In this document: piece after piece, positions 52,446-64,000 of the stretch
How positions within the stretch are numbered: position 1 is the stretch's first letter
How the letters are laid out: every line of letters starts with the position of its first letter
DNA from: Octopus sinensis
Lineage: Eukaryota
Assembly: GCF_006345805.1 (NCBI RefSeq)
Contig: NC_043008.1
Span: 25,668,001-25,732,000 of the forward strand
Reading direction: 5' to 3'
Length of the DNA stretch: 64,000 bases
Notes under the pieces: model-generated
The model's input: the letters and a program-made list of their open reading frames with translations, nothing else
The model's database searches: none
Told to the model about the DNA's origin: nothing
Translations under genes and position numbers: made by a program

Positions 52446-55400
52446 ATATACATTACATACATACATATATTTAGGTACATACACATACATACTTTTAGAT
52501 ATCATTATAACAAAAAAGAGTATAGTGTAAAAAATAAAACACTAAATCCTGGCAATTGTATTTTAATCTAACCTCTAGATTTTGAATATATCAAACAGTA
52601 AGTAAGGCTATACTTATCAATAGGAAGCATGAACAAGTGCAAATACTTGGTTAGCAAAGTCAATGAATTTTATTGTGAAGAAGAGTACAGAGAGAAAAGC
52701 TAAACATTCAAAGACTTACATTGACAATAAAGAATGACCAGCAGGAAAAGTATTATAAACAAATGAAGGGAAAAGTAGGAAAGGAAAAAAACAAGAAAAA
52801 TATAAAACAACTTGAAATGTAAGATGGATGAGATTATATCTGGCCAAAGATATTCTGGTATTCAGAGAATATAGAGTTGAGAATAAAAAAATATAATAAA
52901 TAAACACAATTGAAAAAAGGAAGAAAACATAAGAAGATATAATAAAACTAGTTTAGCAGCAATAGTGAATAAGATAAGATCATAAAACAGCAAGCAACAT
53001 GAAGAATCGAAAAGATATGTTAGAATGAGTTTATCTTAACAACAACAGCATGATCAAGAAAAAGGAAACAGTCGTTTAATTGTAAGAATACAAGAGAAAT
53101 GAAGGGAAGGAAAAATAAGAATAGATAATGAGAGAAATGGGGTATTCCATGGAAGCAAATGTATCATTGAAAATATGATGGTGATGGTGATAATTGTGGT
53201 TGTAGTGTCAGTTGGTGTTATTCTTGCTGCTGCTATTGTAAAAGCAACAAGAAAACAGGATGAGAGAATACTGAAAGTTGTGTGAAAACCATTGAACTCC
53301 TTCGACAAGAGAACAGTTGGAAATTAATGGAATAAATAGATGTTTTCATCAGATTAAGATGCAACATTGAAGGGAAAATATTAAGAGAAGAATAGAAACA
53401 CTAAAGGAATTTATGATTTGAAGGATAATATAACATTTTCATTTTCTTCGTATTCAATATGTGATATAAATAAGTCATCTGGTTTATCAACATAGGTTTT
53501 GTATCCAAGTAATATATTTCAAATAATTCCCTTCACAACTTTGGTAAAACAATGTAAGCAGGACAAAATTCTTTTCTTATATATTACAAAGGAATAGTAA
53601 GGTAACAATAGCTTTCATTTTGGCAAGGATTCTTCAAATGATTTAGGAATTCAGCAGAATATTTATAGTTGATTATATAAATGGTTTAATGCAAAAATCA
53701 GATTTAGATTATGATAAGTTATCTTCCTAGATAAACCATTTCCTCTTTTCATGTTATTGTCAGTGATGAATACTAAGTAGAAACACCGGATTCATATCTC
53801 TCACTATGTCATGTAGAAAGTTATATATTGGTTTGTTTTGATTTGGGTCAAAAGTTCTACACTTTTGAGGTAAGAGAAATCAGAAATTGTGATGAGTTAT
53901 TCAAGCTCCTTCAGAGACATTAACAATATAAGCAAAATCAAAAAGCTTTCACTGAGAATTAGAACCAGATTGTTGTGTTATCTTTCTGGAAGATTACCTC
54001 TTTTTCTATGGTACCTATCCCTCTGAGAGCTAAAATATTGCTTCAGTGTTTAGAACATTTAATGAGGCAGTTCTGTGATGTAATCGTGAAGCACATTGAA
54101 GTAGTGGTATGCTTCTTTAGAGCTGAGACTGCCACCTGGTTTCATATTTAGTTTTAGGTTTTTCACTTCACTTAAATTACTCAACAGGCTACTCTTCATT
54201 AATCTAAGTTCTTCCCTCTTAAAACTGGAAGGTTGAAGACTCGGAAAACCAAAATTAAATCTTTTGGTTCCATTTGAATTAATTTCCCTCCATTTACATT
54301 GAAAACATCCTCTATAAAGAAACAAAAGTCACTCTCTTGATCTCCTTTCTAAAACATCCAGTGTTTAATTTCTCAATATAACAGAATTATTTTGTTTATG
54401 TTAACTTTGCCATTTATGGGATAGAAGTTAAGCAGTAATTTTGGACATTTATTTTAGGGTCAGTCAGTGGAAAGAAAAAGTAATGAGATATGTAAAGCAT
54501 GTATAATTTTAACCAGAAACAATATATTTCCGCCAAAGGGCCTGTTTCACTTTTCCGTCTCAGATTGATAATTACAATGTTAAATATCATTTGACATCAG
54601 AATCTTTCAAATAAGTTCATTCCTAATGAATTAAAAAGAAAAACATTCAAGTGACTGGGGCATTAATTTATCTATTAATTTTATGGACCAGTGCCATGCA
54701 TTTCTATAACTTATACTCAGAAAAAACAATGCTGTGAGTTAACAGTAACTATGGTTTAATCAGTCCAAAAAAGAAGGAAGAATGTGCAAAATGTAGTATG
54801 AGGAACTAGTAGACTAATGATGGAGGAAGAAAAACTAAGCACTTCAGCAGATTCCTCTAATCTATATCATTGATGATATGGTGACATTAATATATCATTC
54901 ATTTTAATGTAATGGTTGTATGTTATTTAAAAGAAACATGTTCTTCTCTAATATTTTCCTCCATATGATTGCTTAAGCAGTTTTGTATATTTCTTATAAA
55001 TTCTTATTTTCATACTTATAACTAAATATTCAGTTATTTCTTATATTTTACTATATGCCCATCATGATTAATAATGTCAGCTAAAACAGATCTGAATATC
55101 TCAGAAAATATCAACAATATTAGTTGGAAAAACAAGTGAATCAGATGGGCTTGGATGTAGGAGCAACCAGTAGCCTCCCTCAAAGATAGAACCAAGTATA
55201 TAAGAAATAACACATATGTAAGTCCAGTGAGTGATACGATGTCAGTTGAAAAGTAAACATTTTGTTGATGCAATTTTGAATGATCATCTCTGCAATGGGA
55301 GCAGTAGTACACCAACAATTCAAAGATTGTTCAAACTTTGTTGCATCAATCTGTCTGAGTAGATGTGGTCTTACCCAGAATATTAAAACTGAGATGGGTT

Positions 55401-57640
55401 TGAGACCATATCGTTGAATTGCCACTCTTTGTGAATCAAATTATAAAACACCTACGGTACCTTTCAAATTGTAACCATCTCTCCTTGAGTGAGTTTTGTG
55501 ACACAAGTAGGTATAATTTCTATTCTCTGATGGTACTCTAATATATGCAACTTACAATGGCTAATTATGATTAATACAACTTGCATTTATCATTTGCCCC
55601 TCATATAGTGAATAATGAAATACTATTATAGTATTGCTCTCCGTAGTAGTAGCAATAGTAGTAGTAGTAGTAGTAGTAGTAGTAGCAGCTGCAGCAGCAG
55701 CAGTAAGGATGAGGAAAAGTGAAAGAACAGACTGCTAGATTTTGCTATTGTTATTGTTTTGAGCCAGCGATCTCTACTCATGCAGACCATGTATTAATAA
55801 GAAAGTGCTTTTGTGGCTTTCTCTGCCTGTTAAAACAATTTGCAAGACCTTCCTCAAACTGGTCAAAGGTCCTCCACTTCTTAAAAAAGAGGACAGTTTG
55901 GACAATATAGTTCTAAATATAACTTAGGAAGACATGGTGAGTTGGTCACAGCTGGAATTAATGTAATCTGCTTGATCAGAGCTGAGTTATTGCTAAAAAA
56001 ATCACCACTAGCTCTGCTATTTGTTCTTTCTTTTTATTTTTCTTCAACTACAGCTGTTATTACACATGGGAGTTGATTGGTTTTATGCAAGCTGCACCCA
56101 CATCTACCCAACTCACTTGTTTTTCATCTCTCTTCTTATCCATATTGTACCTCCCACTTCCCAGGTAGAGTCCTTGAAGTGTTCATTGAAATGTTATGCA
56201 ATATTTATTCTGAATGCTGCTCTCCAGATTTGCCTTTCATCTTTCTGGGGGTTGATAAACAATGTACAGTCTAGAACAATGAAGTAGCAAGATTGTAAGA
56301 GCAGTGGACCAGATGCTTTGCAGTTTCTGTTCTGGCTGATTGCATTCTGAGCTCCAGCACCACTATGGGTTACATGTGTGGTAGATTTTATACCACTCTT
56401 AATTTAACATCATTAACTTGGGTTTCTTCAGTGAAATCCATTCTGTGCAATCATTCAGTTAAGGCCTGCATTTTGACGATGTTTTCATCTCCATCCCACC
56501 ATTTTCAGAGGCCCTTGTAAAGGATCAAGGCAGTGAATATGTAATAAAAAGAAAAAGGCCCCAGACTAACCATATTATCTATTTCTTCCTCTCTAGAAGG
56601 TTATCTTTTCAGTATTCCTTCCCTGTTCAGATTTTTCCTACAACCAGTCGTTAAACATGAAAATCAACATTCATCCATTGGTATAGGAGGTCCTAAGATC
56701 ATTGTGATATACTCTCCTCTAGAAAAAAAAACATTTAAAAAACAACATTTTTACAAACACAATACCATCCTATCATTAACCACTTAACTACAAAAATAAT
56801 CATTCTTCAAGTTTTTGGTAATAGATAAAACTAGATATTTGCTTGCTATTTCTGAGGAACATGTAGCACTTATTAATTATAAAACCTATAATCTCAAGAT
56901 GAGAGGAGTTTATTAAAAAAAAGGGTTGTGTCTTACAATTAATGAGCCAAGTAACTGCATAGATGCTGACATTGGATCAATAAAAATAAGGACAGGCTAA
57001 GATGGTTACCAGAAATCCCCTCTCCATGTAATCTGAGGGTGAAATCTCTATCCAGAAGGCAAAATATGATCAAAAAATATAAATATGAAAAAAATTGCAC
57101 ATTTACAAAGTCAGTATATTACACTGTAGAGGAAAGGAAGAGATAACAATGTTTTGCATAATTTGTCATTTGTAAAGATAAATTGATAGTGAATTAGAGG
57201 AAATAAAATTAGCTGAAGAACAAAAGGGTGTGTGTGTTTTACAGATACAGCATGGTAAATAATAGCAGAAAAAAAATAGAGAAGTGGATGAGGGTAAGTG
57301 GTTTCTGGCAGAGAAGTATATGCTGGGCAGTGAATGAATGTGGTTGTGTTCTAAAGATATTAGGTGCTTGAGTTGAGAGGTATGGTGTGAGAGAGTGAAG
57401 AATGTGTGTAAGAGGAGAAGTAAAAGGTAGAAGAGAGTCTACCACCATTGATATAATAACATATGTGTAAGTGCATGTTATATCAGTTTAATAGAATGTA
57501 TGAGGTGATTGAGTGTGTTAAGCTAAAAGTTTTAAAAAATGACAAAATGTTGCTATAAATATAGCATTATGTGTAGGGGTAAAGCTGAGTGGGTAGAAGG
57601 AGGATGGTGTGAGAGTGCATGTTTGGATATTGGACAGAGA

Positions 57641-57708
<68 letters not shown>

Positions 57709-60700
57709 AGGGGACAGAAAATTGCTAATCAATTATTGATGATTTGAGAAGCAGCTGCCACGATGGGAAGATTAACTGATGCTACCAGAAGAGGAAGAAA
57801 AGAGTGGAGAACCAGATAAAATACCATGCAGTATTTAGATATGTCCCTTTAGTTTTTGTTTGTTTTTTAATTCATCTATGGAGATCAACTTTGTTCTTTA
57901 TTCATTCAGGATTAATAAAATAAGTACCAGTAAAATACTAAGTTCAAATTTAGCAACTCTACTTCCCTTCACAATTAATGGCTTTGTGCTTACATTAAAA
58001 ACCTTGGCATTATGATTGTTTACGAAGGGCTGCAGGGATAGTAGAGTGCAAGACTAAATACATTTTATTATTAGTTTTGTCCTAAGGGCAGTGGGTTGAT
58101 GCAGTTATTGGAGCACTAGAGACAATATCTTGCAGTATTTATTGCAAATATTTATATTCTGAATTCAAATACTCTCTGGTCACTTTCACTTTCATTTTTC
58201 TGAAGTTGACCAAATAAAGTACCAGTCAAGTGTTGAAGTAATTTAACCAAATGTGAATAAGGTGTAACCAGAGTTTAGAGGTGGGTGGCATCATTGGTTT
58301 CATACCAATCAGTTGAGGAGACGTTTTATGGCTGTAAAAACACCTTATCAGATGTGTGTAGTATTTCATTGGGACTCTTTTGTTATTCTGTTTGGCTATA
58401 TTGAGGATTTGTATTTACTAGAAGAGATCTTCAGTGATGATGAGTGTTCTATTTGCTTGCTATTTATGTATAAATAGGGTGGTCACTTACAATAATATTT
58501 TCTCAATTTGTATATAGATAGAATCTTTGTACTGTTGCAGGAGATTTTGGGAATCTCTGTTCATGGAATCAGAGTAGGTTTAGCAGAAGAAATTGTAGGT
58601 GCAATTTGCTGATGTTTGGGTGCAAAAAGTTTTTGAGGGGATGAAGAATAGGATCATCTGTATAGAAGTGGGAAGTGTTGAAGATGATGGCAAATGGGTA
58701 GCTAATGTATAGGATAGCATGTAGGAGTCAACATTTAACTTTCAGTTACACCAGATGTAATAGAATGTAGGTTAGACAGTACGTCCTTAGCACAGGTTAT
58801 GATGGTGTGATCTAACAGGAAGTCACCAACACAAGAAATGAAAAATGGTTAGAGCACAAGCAGGCTGTTTAACAAAGATATTCCCATGCCAGCTCATGTC
58901 AAGTGCAACAATATTGTTTTGTTTAAAATTCTCAAGAGCAAGAATTCATTTGTTAGTGAAATAAGAAGGTAGATCTAGCTTTATGGAAGACATATTAGAG
59001 TTCATTAAGAACAAAGATGTTAGAAAAAATTGGTTTCAATAGTCGTTATCATAAGTTTTGAGATACTGGAAATGGGCTTAAATAAGGTGTTAGCTGACAG
59101 TATCAGGTAGCATTTTTGTTGCCCTTTTTTTGGAAATAGGACCCTGCTCCAGTTCATCGATAATCTGATAGATATTCCATCCAGAAATGTTTCATGTTTT
59201 TCATTTTTTTTTAATGATGTACTGTGTCTTGGACAACATTATTCAATACATCCTTTCAATTTTTAAGAAAAGGGAGTGCTAGATAAAGAAAGTTTGAGTG
59301 AGATTTTTAGGAAGATGAGCAACTACATGAATGGTCCCTCTGAAATGAAGTAGGAGCAATGTACTATGATCAATTTATTCAATAAAAGTCATAAAGATTA
59401 AATGTCATCTTTATTGATTATCTAAAGTAGTGTTAGTTGGGGGAAAAAAAAAACAAAAAGAAAAAAAGCAGATTCTTACACTAAATGCCTATTAGTATTT
59501 AGTTCAATCTTTTTAGGTTTTGAGTTCAAATTTCAGTGGGATAAAACTTATTCGCTGTTCTCTCAGGATCAATAAAATATATACCAGTAATATACTGAAA
59601 GCCAATTAGATTGATTAAGCTCTTTTTACATAAACTTATTATTTTGTGCTGATCTAATAAATTATTGATTCACAAAATTAGATAAGTACTGTCGATATAT
59701 GCAGCAAGGAATTAAATTTGTCACCATATTATTTTAATGTTTCAACAAAATAAGAATCAGTATTTTTTTTACTTAGTGATTCTCCCAAAACTTCCAGTAT
59801 TACTGACAAGGCTATGGATGCTGCTGTTTTCCCAGAAAAATACTGAAAGATATGCAGAATTGTTTCTCAAACACACTGGAAAATACAAATACCAGTAGCA
59901 TAAATTTTAAATTAAATTAAATTCTTCAAAAGCACAGATCCAGGATAGAAAAATTCATATAGAACAACATTTATTATTAGTAATAATATTTGCTATTTGT
60001 TACTGACTAATGTTTACTGCTTCTCTTCTCCCTCCTTTTCCTACTCTTTATTGTCATCATCATCATCATCCTTTTCATATTTGTTTTTCCATGCTGCCAT
60101 AGGCAATGTTTTATGACTGTATTCCTTTTCTGATGTCTACTCTTTTAATCATCTTTTATAACATAAATTTATTTCTAGTTAGTGTTGTGATATTTTCATG
60201 TATTGAATAAGCGAATACTCACCTACTTTATGAATATATGAAGGAAGTATGTTAGTTCTTATCTTCAGTATGATTGTATATTCATAACTTATCAACTAGG
60301 AGAGAAGAAAGACTAGACACATTGAATGATTTTTTTATATCGTTCTAATTTCACTGATTTAAAACAAGAACACGAAAATCAAAATAAAGCTGGTACTTGC
60401 ATTTTATTATCTAAAGAATGTCTTATTTAAAAGTTGGTTATCTTCCACTTTTGATGATTCATAAAACGAATTGATATTCATTATTTATTCAATTTGCACA
60501 TTTAAATGACAAATTATCATTTCTATTTAAATTTTGAAACAAAAAGACTGACATTTTAATTTGATTTTTCATTTTTGTATTTTCTCTTATCTTTTGTCTT
60601 GTAAGTTCCTAGTTAACATAATTTAAAGTTTTAAAATCAATGATTAGGAGAAGAATTAAAAAAAAAAAAACCTCTAACCAACTAATAGTAATAATATATA

Positions 60701-61074
60701 TCAGACTAAATAATGAATGCAAAATGTTTTTTCTTTCTTTCTTTTTTTCAACACAATCATTCCTCAGCCACGTGAATATTTTACAATTAAGCCAAAAATA
60801 CAAACAAAATTATTGACAGAATTTTAAACAAATATTATTTCTATAGTTGAAATGTAACTTCCTTCTATTTCTAAAATTAGCCCAGGATTATTACCAAGAA
60901 AATTATTCATTCTAGATTCTTTAGATGTTAAACCAAACTTAATCACATGGAAAGAGAATGAAATAATTAAAATAAGCAAAACATCAACATATATTATATG
61001 CTACGGACTTTTGTACACACACACACACACACATATATATATGTATTTATATATGCACGTGTGTGTGTGTGTGT

Positions 61075-61500
61075 ATTCTTTTACTCTTATTTGTTTCAGT
61101 CATTTGACTGTGGCCATGCTGGAGCACTGCCTTTAGTCGAGCAAATCAATCTAGGACTTATTCTTTGTAAGCCTAGTACTTATTCTATTGGTCTCTTTTG
61201 CCAAATCACTAAGTTACGGAGATGTAAACACACCTGCAGCGGTTGTCAAGTGATGTTGGGGGACAAGTACAGACAAATAAACATACACACACACACACAT
61301 ACACATATTTATATATATATATATATATATATATACGATGGGCTTTTTTCAGTTTCTGCCTACCAAATCCACTCACAAGGCTTTGGTTGGCCCAAAGCTA
61401 TAGTAGAAGACACTTGCCCAAGGTGCCATGCAGTGGTACTGAAACTGGAACCATGTGGCTGGTAAGCAAGCAACTTACCACACAATCACTCCTGCACCTA
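61075..61500 (-). mobile_element. tRNA-derived SINE with internal (CA)/(TA) tract
   Basis: Reverse complement of the family at 30434-30835 (AGTAGAAGACACTTGCCCAAGGTGCC; GTTTCAGTCATTTGACTG tail). Confidence 0.85.
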
Positions 61501-62104
61501 CATATATTTCTTTTGTGACTAACACTTTAGTGTTTGAATCTGAATTTGTTATAATCTATATGATTTACTTTCTAAATCAATTAAAATTAGTTGGGGTGAT
61601 TTTCTTTACTTTTGTTTGTCTTTTGTATTTGAATGTTCATTCTGCTTTCTTATGCTTAACTAATCCTATATTACATATAATAAAATGCAATGTGTTTCAC
61701 ATTGGTCATGTTGTCAGAGGGAAACTAAAACAACTAACACAGAATGGTAGTCAGAGATGTTCAATGTAGGCAAACTGTAGTGAGAAGATTTTCTCAGAAG
61801 TTGTGCAAATTTTTATCATAAAAATATTTACTTTAACAATTTCACACACATGTAATATATATGAAATTACATATTACATTCTTTTATTTTCAAAATGTCA
61901 TTCACATTACAATTTTATATATATATAATATATATTCCTTTTTTATTTTCTTTCATTTTTGTCCATTTTTTTTCCACTTTTGCTTTTTCTGAGCCAATCC
62001 TTATTTCTCCAACTAAAGGATAACACATTCACACACACATACAGACACACATCCATGCACCTACACACACACACAAAACATATATATGTTTGCACATGCA
62101 TATA

Positions 62105-62365
62105 TATATGGTGGTTGTCTCCTTATGCAGAGTTTGACCATCTCCTGCACCTACACCTTAACACCATCATAGCAACTGATGTGGCTTTTTAAACCAGACA
62201 ATGTTCTGAAAAGACACCCACATAGATTGTACCTCCAATTTGGACCACCAAGAACTGCAGATAAGTTCTGCTCTTTGTTGATCTTAAAATGTCTTTTGAG
62301 GCCTCTGTTGTATTTGCAAACCTTCTGGCATACACTACATTCAAAGGTGTGCCCTGACATATAGG
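62105..62365 (-). mobile_element. Probable 3' end of an RTE-like LINE with two C2H2-like zinc fingers
   Basis: CSVCQKVCKYNRGLKRHF and (Y)NLCGCLFRTLSGLKSH, followed by a short UTR and microsatellite tail; no splice context recognised. Confidence 0.65.
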
Positions 62366-62389
62366 CAGAATATGTGTGTGTGTGTGTGT

Positions 62390-62710
62390 CTATATGTGGT
62401 TAAAAGTTTGCTGTTCAACCACACTATACCCTTCAGCCAACAGAGGCTTCATAAGGGATTTGGTAGAAGGTAAGTGGAAGAAGACAGTTGTGTATACAGC
62501 AGCGTCTGTGTGTGTGTGTATCTCTGAGCCTGTGATTCTCACTCATCACTGCTTGGTTTCTTTATATCCCTGTAACTTAGTGGTTCAGCAAAAGAGACTG
62601 ATAGAATAAGTACCAAGCTCAAAAACTAAGTACTGAGGTTAATTCATTCAAATAAAACCACTATATTTCATGGCTACTGCCTAATGACTGAAACAAACAT
62701 ACGATAAAAG
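62390..62710 (+). mobile_element. Decayed SINE
   Basis: GGATTTGGTAGAAGGTAAGTGGAAGAAG, AACTTAGTGGTTCAGCAAAAGAGACTGATAGAATAAGTACC, AATGACTGAAAC. Confidence 0.7.
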
Positions 62711-63559
62711 TTAATAGATATATGTGTGAGTATGTGTATATATACATACATACCCACTTACACACACACATAAGAAATTAGATGTAAACAGACAATGTGA
62801 TCGAAGACAAAAGTGGGTAATGAGTGTATATGCTATATTTCAGAGGTTGTTGTCCTTTCTTCAGCACCCATCTAACCCATTATTGCCTCTGAACACATTG
62901 CTTATATAGCCACTGCATACAACGGCATTAAGTTATTGGATATACCAATTTACATATTAGACACATCCCTGGAGCTGGTATATAAACATTGAAGATTTGT
63001 AGGCACGTGATACTTCATTACGCAAACACAATATACTATAAGGCATACTAAATGTTTTCAGAAGTCAGTAGCATGTTCTATTGTGTCAGCACTGCTCTTA
63101 CATTATTTTAAGGTTATTTCTATCGATATTCTATAACTTATAGCCAGCACTGATTTTTGCTGCGTTTCATATCAAGACATCAGATGTAAACAGACAATGT
63201 GATTGAACTTGCCAGTTTGCCTACTTTAGTCTTGTCAAAGGAATGATTAACAAGATTGTAGTTTGGTTGATTAGCAGAATTATCTGGTGCTGCTAAGCTA
63301 TTGTATCTGAGTAACACCATACAGTAATCTGCTGATTTTGATATGCCAAGCAAATTAACCAATTAATAAAATAGGATCTTTGTCAATTTTCAGTAAATTT
63401 CATAATAAACAATTATCTAGCTTTAAGTTTGTAGCAAACCAACAGTGTGGTAGAGCATGTTTGAATGGTTCAAAAAGGTGATAGTTGGAAAGGATGAGAT
63501 CTAGACTGTTTCAGCAACCCTAGACCCAGTTTTTCAATGGTTTCAATGGTGTAGGTTGC

Positions 63560-64000
63560 AGGTGAGTATGCATTGTCATGCAACAATAGCACTTGCTTTA
63601 ATGATAGAACTCAGTGTTTGGTTCAAAATTGCTGGTTTCAGTTTGTTGGCCAGCATTTCACTGGTGTCTTTAGACCCTTTTTCTAGGTAATGTTTCAGTA
63701 TAGGCCTTTTTGTGTCTGAAGAAAAGATGATTAGCATCACTTTCTCTGCGGAAGTTTGAGTCTTGAATTTCTTTCTCCTTGGCAATTCCAGATGTTTCCA
63801 CTCTATAATCTGTCTTTTGGATTCTAGTTCAAAATGATGGACCCTGGTCTCATCTTATGTGACAATTTTCTCCATAAAAGCTTTGCCTTAACCAATGGTT
63901 AAATAACAGATCTCCACATGATTGCATTTATGTACTTTGGTAAGCTCTCTTAGCTCCTATCTCTCATGGACTTTATGGAAGTGAAGCTTTTCATGGATGA
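63560..64000 (-). mobile_element. Mariner transposase remnant running off the window end
   Basis: Minus: VHHFELESKRQIIEWKH..PRRKKFKTQTSAEKVMLIIF..LHDNAY. Confidence 0.85.

Noticed and set aside
54047-54106. 60-nt plus-strand candidate exon CLEHLMRQFCDVIVKHIEVV with GTATGC donor
   Set aside because: Plausible but short, with a weak acceptor and no homology I can recognise.
58270-58900. Possible decayed Penelope end on minus (CUGAUAA-GGUGU..ACAGCC-AUAAAACGU)
   Set aside because: Core and GAAA are both broken and no convincing protein motif lies upstream.

Overview
Eukaryotic, very AT-rich, repeat-dense genomic DNA. The SINE and LINE repertoire resembles that of a coleoid cephalopod such as octopus (recognised by eye, not searched). 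I could not confidently identify any host protein-coding exon, and most ORFs in the supplied track are microsatellite artefacts or decayed transposon pieces. The window holds three mariner transposons, a 5'-truncated Penelope-like element (RT tail plus GIY-YIG endonuclease), RTE, CR1 and restriction-like-endonuclease (R4/Dong-like) LINE remnants, many tRNA-derived SINEs, MITE-like foldbacks, long microsatellites and a CpG-rich promoter-like island at about 21.3-22.4 kb. The most striking signal lies at 4-11.6 kb, among (TA)n tracts: four different type I hammerhead-ribozyme-like motifs (six copies), each with a palindromic helix III and a different deviation from the canonical core. One family sits in the coding Penelope element; the other three sit in non-coding elements, including a 2-kb foldback. 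Other oddities are a 49-bp inverted copy of an old neighbouring LINE inside the 3' end of a younger CR1, an isolated near-perfect 101-bp inverted repeat, and an apparently identical 485-bp tandem duplication in an (AAT)n and LINE-endonuclease cluster.
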